DNA from: Acidimicrobiia bacterium
GTDB lineage: Bacteria > Acidobacteriota > Terriglobia > Versatilivoradales > Versatilivoraceae
NCBI GenBank assembly: GCA_016871215.1
Contig: VFZK01000001.1
Span: forward strand, 1 to 44,038
Length of the DNA stretch: 44,038 nt
Reading direction: 5' to 3'
Below, piece after piece: positions 19,813 to 29,140 of the stretch (the first letter of the stretch is position 1; the number at the start of each line of letters is the position of its first letter). The position numbers and the translations under genes are program-made. The notes under the pieces are model-generated. The model had not been told where the DNA came from. It saw only the letters and a list, made by a program, of their open reading frames with translations, and ran no database searches.

Positions 19813-19919
19813 AGTGGAAACAAACATCGAACACGTTCCAACTTTGTTTCCACTTTTCATTGCAGGTCACCCTCGAAGTGGAAACAGAGAGGAAACAAAG
19901 CGGATACACGTTCCAACTT
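19813..19919. repeat. Repeat cluster with a 12-bp perfect inverted repeat plus direct repeats (candidate centromere/operator or oriT)
   Basis: AGTGGAAACAAA (19813-19824) and TTTGTTTCCACT (19843-19854) form a perfect inverted repeat with an 18-nt spacer. AGTGGAAACA recurs at 19877-19886 and GGAAACAAA at 19891-19899. The 14-bp direct repeat ACACGTTCCAACTT occurs at 19831-19844 and 19906-19919. The cluster lies just upstream of the HTH-ParA genes. Confidence 0.8.
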
Positions 19920-19954
19920 CCCAGCGTCCGATCACCTTGGGAGCAAACTACTTA

Positions 19955-20434
19955 ATGCCCGGAAAGCCTTACCAATCGATCTTGATTCCCTACGAAGAAG
20001 AGATCCTCAGCCTGAGACGGCAGCGCCCTCCTATGGCCTTCGCGCGTATTGCTGAACTCCTCATGGAGAAGCATCAGGTTCCGATTCAGCGCGCTGCAAT
20101 CTGCAAGTTTGTGAAACTGCGCGCGCGCTGGAAAAAGAAGGAAACACAACAGAACCGCGCTACTTCCAAGACCTGGAACACGGCGCAGAGTCACGGGTCT
20201 CAACCTCAGAGCGCCCTAACGAGACAAAAAACAGGCGCTGTACCACTTAACTCGGCAGGAACTGAAAACCGCCAGCCATGGCTCGGCTGGCAGAACGAAA
20301 AGCCTGCTTCACGAGAGAAGATGCTCACCACCTTTACACCCAGCAATGAATACAACCTCACCCGCCTCACACCGGAAGAGGCGGCGGCCTACGCCGAACA
20401 ACTGAAACGTGAAAGAGAAAAGAACGGAGGATAA
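19955..20434 (+). CDS. Small putative HTH DNA-binding protein with a disordered, charged C-terminal half
   Basis: An ATG at 19955 gives MPGKPYQSILIPYEEEILSLRRQRPPMAFARIAELLMEKHQVPIQRAAICKFVKLRARW..., an HTH-like N-terminus. Its stop is 2 nt before the ParA-like start. The extended ORF-track N-terminus overlies the repeat cluster and is unlikely to be real. Confidence 0.55.
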   Translation: MPGKPYQSILIPYEEEILSLRRQRPPMAFARIAELLMEKHQVPIQRAAICKFVKLRARWKKKETQQNRATSKTWNTAQSHGSQPQSALTRQKTGAVPLNSAGTENRQPWLGWQNEKPASREKMLTTFTPSNEYNLTRLTPEEAAAYAEQLKREREKNGG

Positions 20435-20436
20435 CC

Positions 20437-21210
20437 ATGTCATGCACCCTGTTTTTCACAGCCGGCGCCAAGGGAGGCTCCGGCAAGACCACTGCCGCGA
20501 AGTTCCTCATTACCTATCTGCGCGAGCACGGAGAGCTTCCACTGTTGATGGATCTGGACGATGAGAACCATACCCTGGCCCGATTCTTTCTCGACGCTCT
20601 ACAGATCAAACTGCATCAGGAGTTTGCACAGGATGTGGTGATTGAAAAGGCCTTGAGCGGTGAACATCGATTCATCGTGGCAGATCTGAAGGCAGGAACC
20701 GGGCATGATGTCTTGAAATGGTTCCTGACTCTCCCGTTCGAGGAACTGAAAGACCGAGGAGTTCGCCTGGTTTGCCTTGGCTCGGTCACCAGCGCGCCCG
20801 ACAGTGTTCAATCGTTTTTGAACTGGGCCGCCGCGCTCGCTCATCACGTCGACTACGTCATCTTCCGCAACCTCAAGGACGGGGACAACCTCTACGACTA
20901 CGACCAGACCCGGCAGGCACTGGAGTTCCGGGGGACTTACGACCCGGATCATGTCACCCTCGAGAAACTCTCTCCTCTCTACCAGACGGAACTGGAGATT
21001 CGCAAGCTGACCATCACCGAAGTCTTGGGGCTCACCGATCGCACTTCCGGCGAGGAACGGATCGGACCAATCTTGTCCCCGCTGCTGGCCCGAGCTCGCT
21101 TGCGAAACTATCAGCGTGGCATCTATGAACAGCTCAACCAAGTCATGGAGCGGCTTTTCCACGCTGAACTTAACGTGGTGGACAGCCTCAGAGGAACCGC
21201 CCATGGCTGA
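20437..21210 (+). CDS. ParA/MinD-superfamily P-loop ATPase (small, no N-terminal HTH)
   Basis: 257 aa. The deviant Walker A is FFTAGAKGGSGKTTAAKF, with a Walker B-like IVADLKAG. Confidence 0.8.
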   Translation: MSCTLFFTAGAKGGSGKTTAAKFLITYLREHGELPLLMDLDDENHTLARFFLDALQIKLHQEFAQDVVIEKALSGEHRFIVADLKAGTGHDVLKWFLTLPFEELKDRGVRLVCLGSVTSAPDSVQSFLNWAAALAHHVDYVIFRNLKDGDNLYDYDQTRQALEFRGTYDPDHVTLEKLSPLYQTELEIRKLTITEVLGLTDRTSGEERIGPILSPLLARARLRNYQRGIYEQLNQVMERLFHAELNVVDSLRGTAHG

Positions 21211-22000
21211 AGATGACAACACCCATTTCGATTTGCTAACAAAAGATCTCTCCCCAGAGCAACGCTCCGAGTTCTTTCAGGTCTTACACACCGCTGGAAT
21301 CTCTCGTCAGGATGTCGAGCTGGCTAAGCTGTTGCGAGCCCTCCAGCTCTACCGAGCTCTCTACGACGAGATTCCAGCGCGCGTCTGGCAGGCAGTCAAG
21401 CAAGCCGATGCTCTTCACCGGACCTTCAGATCGTTGCATGAGAGTGCGGCCATTCGCTGGGACGAGGTGCTCAGTCAGCTGGAACGAAACATGACAGCGG
21501 CTTTCACGATTACCAATGAATTCCGAGAAGCCAGGAGCGTCGTCGTTACGGCCATCCAGAAGTCCAAGACTGACGTTGCACAGACCCTGGAAGCCACCCT
21601 GAGGAAGTCGTTGTCGTCCGGACTTCTTACACCGTTTGAGACATTCGTGAATGACATCAAGGATCGATGTGGAAGGACCGCGATTGAAGCCCAGCAGATA
21701 TCACTCCATCTCAGGCAAGCCCGACGAATCCACATCGGCGGCTACGCGCTGGCCGCAATGGTCCTTACTGTCGTACTGACTGTAGTCATTTGGATCAGCG
21801 GCGCCCGACACTATGCCGAGCGGGAACATCAGTTGATTCAACAAATCGACCAGAATCGCCTGGTCCTGGCAGAACTGGCGCGCAAGGGAGCAACCCTGAA
21901 AGTGAAGCGCAGCCCTAAAGACGCCAACCAGCTCTATTTGATCATCGAGCACGCCACGGCCTGGACCGCCGACCAAGATGCGGTGGTCGAGCTGAAGTAG
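21203..22000 (+). CDS. Hypothetical coiled-coil protein with one TM helix
   Basis: The ATG at 21203 overlaps the ParA-like stop by 8 nt. The protein begins MAEDDNTHFDLLTKDLSPEQRSEFF.... It has a TM segment IGGYALAAMVLTVVLTVVIWISG. I recognise no family. Confidence 0.6.
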   Translation: MAEDDNTHFDLLTKDLSPEQRSEFFQVLHTAGISRQDVELAKLLRALQLYRALYDEIPARVWQAVKQADALHRTFRSLHESAAIRWDEVLSQLERNMTAAFTITNEFREARSVVVTAIQKSKTDVAQTLEATLRKSLSSGLLTPFETFVNDIKDRCGRTAIEAQQISLHLRQARRIHIGGYALAAMVLTVVLTVVIWISGARHYAEREHQLIQQIDQNRLVLAELARKGATLKVKRSPKDANQLYLIIEHATAWTADQDAVVELK

Positions 22001-22056
22001 TGTCTCAGGACTCAACGATCCCTCACAGTTGATCTTTAGGGCGCGGAAATACCACG

Positions 22057-22281
22057 ATGCTAGAAAAGCCACTCTACCCTCAGAACTCAGTGTTCAGCTT
22101 ATTAACTGTCCAGGAGGTCGCTGAACTATTGCGAGTCTCTCCCGACTGGGTGCGGTCACACGCCACTCGCAGCAATCCCCGGCTGCCTGCAATCAAGATG
22201 GGAACCGCGAAAGGCTCACCGCTTCGTTTTCGACTCTCGGATATCTTGGAGTTTGTTGAAAAATGGACAACATCCAAATAA
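22057..22281 (+). CDS. xis: Excisionase-family (MerR/AlpA-like HTH) DNA-binding protein
   Basis: 74 aa. LLTVQEVAELLRVSPDWVRSHATRSNPRLPAIKMGTAKGSPLRFRLSDILEFVEKW matches the excisionase HTH_17 pattern. It lies directly upstream of int. Confidence 0.75.
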   Translation: MLEKPLYPQNSVFSLLTVQEVAELLRVSPDWVRSHATRSNPRLPAIKMGTAKGSPLRFRLSDILEFVEKWTTSK

Positions 22282-22322
22282 CATTACCCCCCTCTTTTGA
22301 CTTCCGAAGATTGGGGGCGCAC

Positions 22323-23622
<1,300 letters not shown>

Positions 23623-23633
<11 letters not shown>

Positions 23634-24396
23634 GAGGAATTGCTTCTTTGGAAAAAGACGCTGGCCAGCTAGCCATTGCTTCGGCCAGATCGTAATTCGT
23701 CCGATCGATCCTTAGCGGCGTAAGCGAAACGTAGCCCTCGGCCACGGCCAAGTAATCAGACGCGGGATTTTCTTCGGCTTCCGGCAAATGCAAGTCCTGG
23801 TCAAGCCAGAAGTACTTCCGTCCACGGGGATCCGTGTTCTCCACTACCAGGTTGCGGATATTTCGCTTGCCCTGGCACGTGATGCGCACTCCTTTCACCG
23901 GAGCGACAGGCACGTTGACGTTCAAGATCGAACCCCGCGGCAACGGAGAATCGAGAATCCTTCGGGCAAGACAAGCCGCAAACTGTGCTGCCCCTTGGTA
24001 CTGAAAATCAGTCCAGGTCGCGAGCGAGATCGCGAAGGCCGGAATGTCGTGATTCGCACCTTCGATCGCCGCAGCAACCGTGCCCGAATAACCGATATCT
24101 CTGCCCAGGTTGGGTCCCCGGTTGATACCGGATACGACCAAGTCAGGACGCGCTGGCAACAGATAGTGCAACGCCAGGATCACACAGTCGGTTGGCGTTC
24201 CCGATACCGAGTAGCGCCCCTCCGCTACCGCTTCACACCGAATCGGATCGTGCAGAGTCAACGACTGGCTGGTGGCGCTTTTCTCTCGATCGGGGGCAAC
24301 AATCGTCACCCCGGCAACTCCGGACAGCGCTTCGGCCAAAATCAAGATGCCGGGCGAGTGGACACCGTCGTCATTCGTGAGGAGGATTGCCGCCAA
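23623..24396 (-). CDS. surE: 5'/3'-nucleotidase SurE
   Basis: [21 protein letters not shown]...[21 protein letters not shown]...GTPTDCV...[10 protein letters not shown] is the SurE signature. The ORF-track N-terminus overlaps the tRNA. The likely start is TTG at 24396 ([11 protein letters not shown]). The TGA stop (23623-23625) abuts the tRNA-Pro(CGG) 5' end. Confidence 0.9.
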
Positions 24397-24416
24397 AGAA
24401 ATCAGCCCAAAGTCGA

Positions 24417-24493
24417 TGGTCGGGACGAGAGGATTTGAACCTCCGACCCCACGCACCCCAAGCGTGTGCGCTACCAGGCTGCGCTACGTCCCG
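24417..24493 (-). tRNA. tRNA-Pro (anticodon GGG), CCA encoded
   Basis: The reverse complement folds as CGGGACG TA GCGC AGCCTGGTA GCGC A CACGC TTGGGGT GCGTG GGGTC GGAGG TTCAAAT CCTCT CGTCCCG A CCA (77 nt). Confidence 0.95.
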
Positions 24494-24508
24494 ACGCAGG
24501 GCGCGAAT

Positions 24509-24919
24509 CTAGCACCCGCGATTCAGGATTGTCAAGATGTCGCGCAGCTCGAGCTTCACCTGGTCGAGCTTTTCGGGCAGAGGGCTCGCCTGCCTGGCCT
24601 GGGTTTCGGCAGTGCTGGCGTTCGAGGGAGCAGGTTCCACAGTGCTCTCCCTTCGGGAGGAAAGCACCTTTCGCGCACCCGCAATGGTGTATCCACGATC
24701 GTAAAGCAGATCTTTGATCGTGACTACCATCTCGACGTCCTTCCGGCGGTACATTCGCCGCCCGTTGGCACCTTTGGCGGGCGATAGGCTCGGGAACTCC
24801 GATTCCCAGAATCGGAGCACGTACGGCTCCAGCTTCAAGAGCCGGCAAACCTCTCCAATGCGAAAATAGAGCTTGTTGGGGATTTCAACGGGGTCCGGCA
24901 TGGCAGCCACTCGGGTCAT
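24509..24919 (-). CDS. MerR-family transcriptional regulator
   Basis: 136 aa. The MerR HTH is [70 protein letters not shown]. Its ATG overlaps the der stop by 1 nt. Confidence 0.8.
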   Translation of the reverse strand: MTRVAAMPDPVEIPNKLYFRIGEVCRLLKLEPYVLRFWESEFPSLSPAKGANGRRMYRRKDVEMVVTIKDLLYDRGYTIAGARKVLSSRRESTVEPAPSNASTAETQARQASPLPEKLDQVKLELRDILTILNRGC

Positions 24920-26241
24920 CAGCCCGTCTTTCGCTCCACCTTCTGCTTGATGATGATGGGAGTTCCCACAAAACCGAAGCGGTCTCGGATTTGGTTGATG
25001 AGGTAACGTTCCAGCGAAAAATGAATCTTGCTCTGCTTGTTGGTGAACAGGGCAAACACCGGCGGCGCCGTGCCGACTTGTGTCATGTAGTGTACCTTGA
25101 CTTGTTTGTTGGCCGGTATGGATGCCTTGTTCAGCGCGGCTTTCTGAAGGAAGGCATTCAGTTCACCAGTGCCGACGCGCATGCGGCGAACCTGAGCCAC
25201 CGTTTCGATGAGTGAAAACAGTTTGGGCAGCCGCTGCCCGGTCTCGGCCGAAACGAAGATGAGCGGCGCATAGTCCAAATAGCGAATCTTGTTTCGTACC
25301 TGTTCTTCGTACGACTTCATTGTATAGGAGTCTTTGGAAATCTTGTCCCACTTGTTGACCACCAGAATCACGGCGGCGCCAGCCTCGTGGGCATAGCCCG
25401 CAATGGTCGCGTCAAGTGACGATGCCTGTTGTGTCGCGTCGATCATGACCAGCGCGACGTCGCAGCGCTCCAGGCTCCGGCGTGCCATCAGTACACTGAG
25501 CTTCTCCGCCATCAGAGCGGTCTGGGCCTTTTTGCGAATTCCGGCCGTGTCCAGCAGCCGATAGACGCGGCCATTCCTCACCACCAACGAGTCGACAACA
25601 TCGCGCGTTGTTCCAGGCACCGGAGATACGATCGAACGCTCTTCTCCCACCACTTTGTTAAGCAAAGTGGATTTCCCGACATTAGGCTTGCCGACAATGG
25701 CGACTTTGATTTCGCGCGCCGCGGCAGGGCTTTCACCAGCCTGGTGCGGGAACGTGCGCACGACCGCGTCCAACAGGTCGCCAATGTTCAAGCCGTGCTC
25801 AGCAGAAATCGGAAACACTTCATTGATACCCAATTCGTGGAATTCCTGGACGTCGTTCCAGAGCTTCGGACTGTCGAATTTGTTCACCACCAGAAACAGT
25901 GGCTTAGAAGACTGGATGAGAAGCTTGGCCAGCTCCAGGTCCAAAGCTGTGATACCTGATCGGCAGTCCACGACGAACAACACCGAAGCCGCCAGCTGAA
26001 TTGCCGTTTTCGCCTGGTTGAAAATGTGCCGCGGAATCAGGGCAGTGTCGCCAGGATCCATACCTCCCGTGTCTATCAATTCGAATGAACGCCCTGCCCA
26101 CTCAGCCACCTCCACATTGCGGTCGCGGGTCATCCCCGGCTCATTTCCAACCAGCGCTTTGTGCTTTCCGCAGATGCGGTTGAACAGAGTCGATTTGCCG
26201 ACATTCGGGCGGCCAACAATAGCGACAACTGGCAGTTTCAC
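24919..26241 (-). CDS. der: Ribosome-associated GTPase Der (EngA), double GTPase domain
   Basis: Two G-domains are present: VAIVGRPNVGKSTLFNR with DTGG, and VAIVGKPNVGKSTLLNK with DTAG/NKWD. A KH-like C-terminus follows. The start is probably GTG at 26241, preceded by GGAGGA 9 nt upstream. The ORF-track start at 26301 is less likely. Confidence 0.93.
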   Translation of the reverse strand: MKLPVVAIVGRPNVGKSTLFNRICGKHKALVGNEPGMTRDRNVEVAEWAGRSFELIDTGGMDPGDTALIPRHIFNQAKTAIQLAASVLFVVDCRSGITALDLELAKLLIQSSKPLFLVVNKFDSPKLWNDVQEFHELGINEVFPISAEHGLNIGDLLDAVVRTFPHQAGESPAAAREIKVAIVGKPNVGKSTLLNKVVGEERSIVSPVPGTTRDVVDSLVVRNGRVYRLLDTAGIRKKAQTALMAEKLSVLMARRSLERCDVALVMIDATQQASSLDATIAGYAHEAGAAVILVVNKWDKISKDSYTMKSYEEQVRNKIRYLDYAPLIFVSAETGQRLPKLFSLIETVAQVRRMRVGTGELNAFLQKAALNKASIPANKQVKVHYMTQVGTAPPVFALFTNKQSKIHFSLERYLINQIRDRFGFVGTPIIIKQKVERKTG

Positions 26242-26482
26242 GAAAGAATGTCCTCCCCCATTTGAGCGTTCCAACCGGAGGCACCAGCTGCAGCGGCCCA
26301 AAAAACTCGCTCGTCTGCATCATCGCAGAATGAAGGCGCAAGATAAACAGGAACGGCCTGGAATCGCCTGACCAAGGAGCGTACCGCCATCGGGAAACTA
26401 TCGGGAAACCTTTTGACAAGCCCGGAGGCCACAGGTAATCTGGCCCTCGCAGCTCTCCTTGGCGCCCATTGTTTGAAAATCC

Positions 26483-26857
26483 ATGAACCGACTGTTCTCC
26501 CTCTCAGAAGCCAATTCTTTGATCCCGCAGCTGAAAGTCCTGCTGGCCAAGGTGCAGGCTGCAAAACGGCGAATGATGGAGATGAAGCCGCACCTCGAAA
26601 AGGCCGTACAAGCGCACGTTTACGATTGGGGAAGCCGATTCGGCTGCGAATACGTTGGCATTCTCGACGCATTTCAGCTGGCAGTGCATGACATCGAAGA
26701 GCTGGGCGTCGTGATCAAGGACTTGGATCTTGGATTATGCGACTTTCCGCATCAGCGCGATGGGCGAGTGGTCTATCTTTGTTGGAAGCAAGACGAAAAG
26801 GAAGTCGCCTGGTGGCACGACCTGGATAGCGGCTTCGCGGGTCGCCAGCCGGTCTGA
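26483..26857 (+). CDS. DUF2203-family protein
   Basis: 124 aa. MNRLFSLSEANSLIPQLKVLL...GVVIKDLDLGLCDFPHQRDGRVVYLCWKQDEKEVAWWHDLDSGFAGRQPV matches the DUF2203 pattern. Confidence 0.72.
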   Translation: MNRLFSLSEANSLIPQLKVLLAKVQAAKRRMMEMKPHLEKAVQAHVYDWGSRFGCEYVGILDAFQLAVHDIEELGVVIKDLDLGLCDFPHQRDGRVVYLCWKQDEKEVAWWHDLDSGFAGRQPV

Positions 26858-26873
26858 TCCGAATTCATGCCAA

Positions 26874-27815
26874 TCAGACGTTTTCGATCCCATCGAATCC
26901 GATCAGTTCCTGTTCTAGCTCCAATTGAACCCCATAATGCCGCAGAACTTCGGCCTGGACGAGCCGGATTAACCCGAGGACATCGGAAGCCTTGGCTCCG
27001 CCCAGATTCACGATGATGCCCGCGTGCTTTGGGGAGATCTGCGCCCGCCCGATCCGGGTGCCCTTCAGGCCGAGGTCTTCAACCAACCTGCCTGTGTAGT
27101 GCCCGGGCGGGCGCTTGAAGACGCTGCCGGCCGTAGGGTACTGCCAGGGTTGCTTTTCACAGCGCCGTGAAAGGATTTCCTCGCGAGCGATGAACAGCCC
27201 CTCGACCGTTCCCTTTGGGAAGTGGAAGGTAGCGCCCAGAATGTAGGTGTCGCGAATCGCGTGAGCCCGCCGGTAGTCGAACCCCACTTGGGATTTGCTT
27301 AGAAAGCGGCGGTTCCCATCGAAGTCCATGCACTCCACTTCCAGCAAGTGATCGGAGATCTCAGCATCGAAAGCGCCTGCATTCATGCGCAACGCGCCTC
27401 CCAGCGTGCCCGGTATTCCGGAGAGCCTTTCCAGCCCTGCCAAGCCACGCTTCAGGCATTGGGACACGAATCCATCTAGCGCAAGCCCGGCACCTGCAGC
27501 AACGGTTGCCCCCTGGAACTCGAGGCGGTTGAAATGCTTGAGATGGACAACGATTCCGTCGAATCCCGTGTCGCTTACGAGGACATTGGCTCCGCCGCCG
27601 AGGATGAAACTCGGAACGCCACGGGACCGAATCAGCTCGTTAAGACGCCGCAAATCTTCAGAGTCCTTTGGGCAAACCAACACTCGGGCAGGGCCGCCGA
27701 TTCGGTAGGTAGTCCTATCCTTTAAGGGCTCGTTCTCAAGAACCTCGCCGCGAAGCTCGGCGCGCAATGCCTCGATCGTAAGTCCGCCTGGCAATTGGGT
27801 CATGCGGCTGAACAC
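26874..27815 (-). CDS. murB: UDP-N-acetylenolpyruvoylglucosamine reductase MurB
   Basis: 313 aa. TTYRIGGPARVLVCPKDSEDL...FILGGGANVLVSDTGFDGIVV...GIPGTLGGALRMNAGAF...AGSVFKRP...AGIIVN are MurB FAD-binding and C-terminal motifs. Confidence 0.93.
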   Translation of the reverse strand: MFSRMTQLPGGLTIEALRAELRGEVLENEPLKDRTTYRIGGPARVLVCPKDSEDLRRLNELIRSRGVPSFILGGGANVLVSDTGFDGIVVHLKHFNRLEFQGATVAAGAGLALDGFVSQCLKRGLAGLERLSGIPGTLGGALRMNAGAFDAEISDHLLEVECMDFDGNRRFLSKSQVGFDYRRAHAIRDTYILGATFHFPKGTVEGLFIAREEILSRRCEKQPWQYPTAGSVFKRPPGHYTGRLVEDLGLKGTRIGRAQISPKHAGIIVNLGGAKASDVLGLIRLVQAEVLRHYGVQLELEQELIGFDGIENV

Positions 27816-27966
27816 TCACACAAGAGATCGTAAAGCCACTCCATGATAATGGAAGTGGCTCGCGGTCTTGAGCGTTTTTCAGCAAGCGGGGACAGATGCG
27901 TCGAAGGGGTGTGGCCAGCATATTCCCCAAGGGCGGCCCTGTCGAGCTTCTGAGCCTTACTCCTTC

Positions 27967-28473
27967 TTATTTATAGACCAATTTCCGCGTGCCTTCGCCG
28001 AAACCTCCATGGACGGTCGTTTCGACCGTCCAGGTCTTGCCGTCGGCCGACAAACTTCGAGTCTCCTTGGTTTCGCGCGTCCCATTGGGAGTCTCCATGA
28101 CAGACTCCGTCACGAGCTTCGTACCTTCCCAATGAGTCTTGGATTTGATCGAGTTGCCCCGAAAGCCTTCATTGACGTTCTCCTTGCCATCGGTCGTATG
28201 ACGCGACTCGAAGGTCCGCTCTTCTCCTTGAAACTCCATCTTGCGCTTGATAACCAGCGCGTCACCTTCGTGGGCAAGCGAAAAGGACCCCATGCCCATC
28301 CCACGCCCCCGGCCTCCACCTCCTCGACCTCCAGGTCTCGCATCGCCCATTTCGCTTTTCTCTCGATCGAGTACCCAATCCCCAGTGAAGTTTGGTTTGG
28401 TGTCTTGCGCGAGCGCAGCCACCACACCCAAAAGCAAGATCATCGTCGCGACGATCCCTCGTCTCTCATTCAT
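27967..28473 (-). CDS. Secreted hypothetical protein (signal peptide, Gly/Arg-rich linker, beta-rich body)
   Basis: The ATG at 28473 is preceded by GGAGGT 5 nt upstream. The protein begins MNERRGIVATMILLLGVVAALAQDTKPNFTGDW..., a signal peptide. I recognise no family. Confidence 0.65.
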   Translation of the reverse strand: MNERRGIVATMILLLGVVAALAQDTKPNFTGDWVLDREKSEMGDARPGGRGGGGRGRGMGMGSFSLAHEGDALVIKRKMEFQGEERTFESRHTTDGKENVNEGFRGNSIKSKTHWEGTKLVTESVMETPNGTRETKETRSLSADGKTWTVETTVHGGFGEGTRKLVYK

Positions 28474-28763
28474 TCGGCACCTCCGCCGTTTCTTGTTGTT
28501 GGGCCGCACTGAAATCCGCTGCAGCCTTGCGTCTCGTATATTGACGTGTTACTGAAGGAGCAGGTTACGGCATTCAGAGTCGCGGGCGCTTGAGGAAGCA
28601 AGATTTGCATGGCCGTGAAGAAATTCTGCGGTCCTCGGAATAGAACCCACTTCTCGACGGCTTTAGAGAATGAAAGGTAAAGGTCGCAGACCTCCTTTGG
28701 CTGGCGAGATGCATCATTGTAAAGCGTGCGCGCAGTGAGCTAGAACTCGAAGGGAGGAGGACA

Positions 28764-28925
28764 ATGAACGCGAATGCCGACAACAGAACCGCTGAGTACT
28801 TTGGGCTGACAGTAGAAGTAGTTTGTGAAATGAAGCACTACACCTTGATTCGCTTCGGCGATCGCGAGTTCGTGGTCGCCACCAGCGATCTCATCTTTGC
28901 CCGCCAACTCTCCCGCGCTGCCTAA
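28764..28925 (+). CDS. Unannotated small ORF (53 aa), below the ORF-track size cut-off
   Basis: GGGAGGAGG lies 4 nt upstream of the ATG at 28764. The protein is MNANADNRTAEYFGLTVEVVCEMKHYTLIRFGDREFVVATSDLIFARQLSRAA, with TAA at 28923-28925. An 11-bp perfect stem-loop follows 15 nt later. Confidence 0.45.
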   Translation: MNANADNRTAEYFGLTVEVVCEMKHYTLIRFGDREFVVATSDLIFARQLSRAA

Positions 28926-28940
28926 CGCCTGCCTTTGCCG

Positions 28941-28980
28941 AAGCGCCTGGGGTTGAAGTTTTGTCCCAGGCGCTTTGGTT
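28941..28980 (+). terminator. Stem-loop (11-bp perfect stem) followed by TTGGTT; probable intrinsic terminator of the small ORF
   Basis: AAGCGCCTGGG (28941-28951) pairs with CCCAGGCGCTT (28965-28975) around a 13-nt loop. The U-tract is weak. Confidence 0.45.
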
Positions 28981-29140
28981 CCAACCCGCCTCTCAAACTG
29001 CTTGATGGTTCGCTGCTTCCTAAGTCCACGTTGCTCCAGACAACGTTTTACACTACTGTGACACTCTGACCCGTGCTTGATGGTAGTGGTTTTGTATCGT
29101 CTGAAGAGAAATAGCTCCTGCTCCAGCGGTGTTGGGATCT

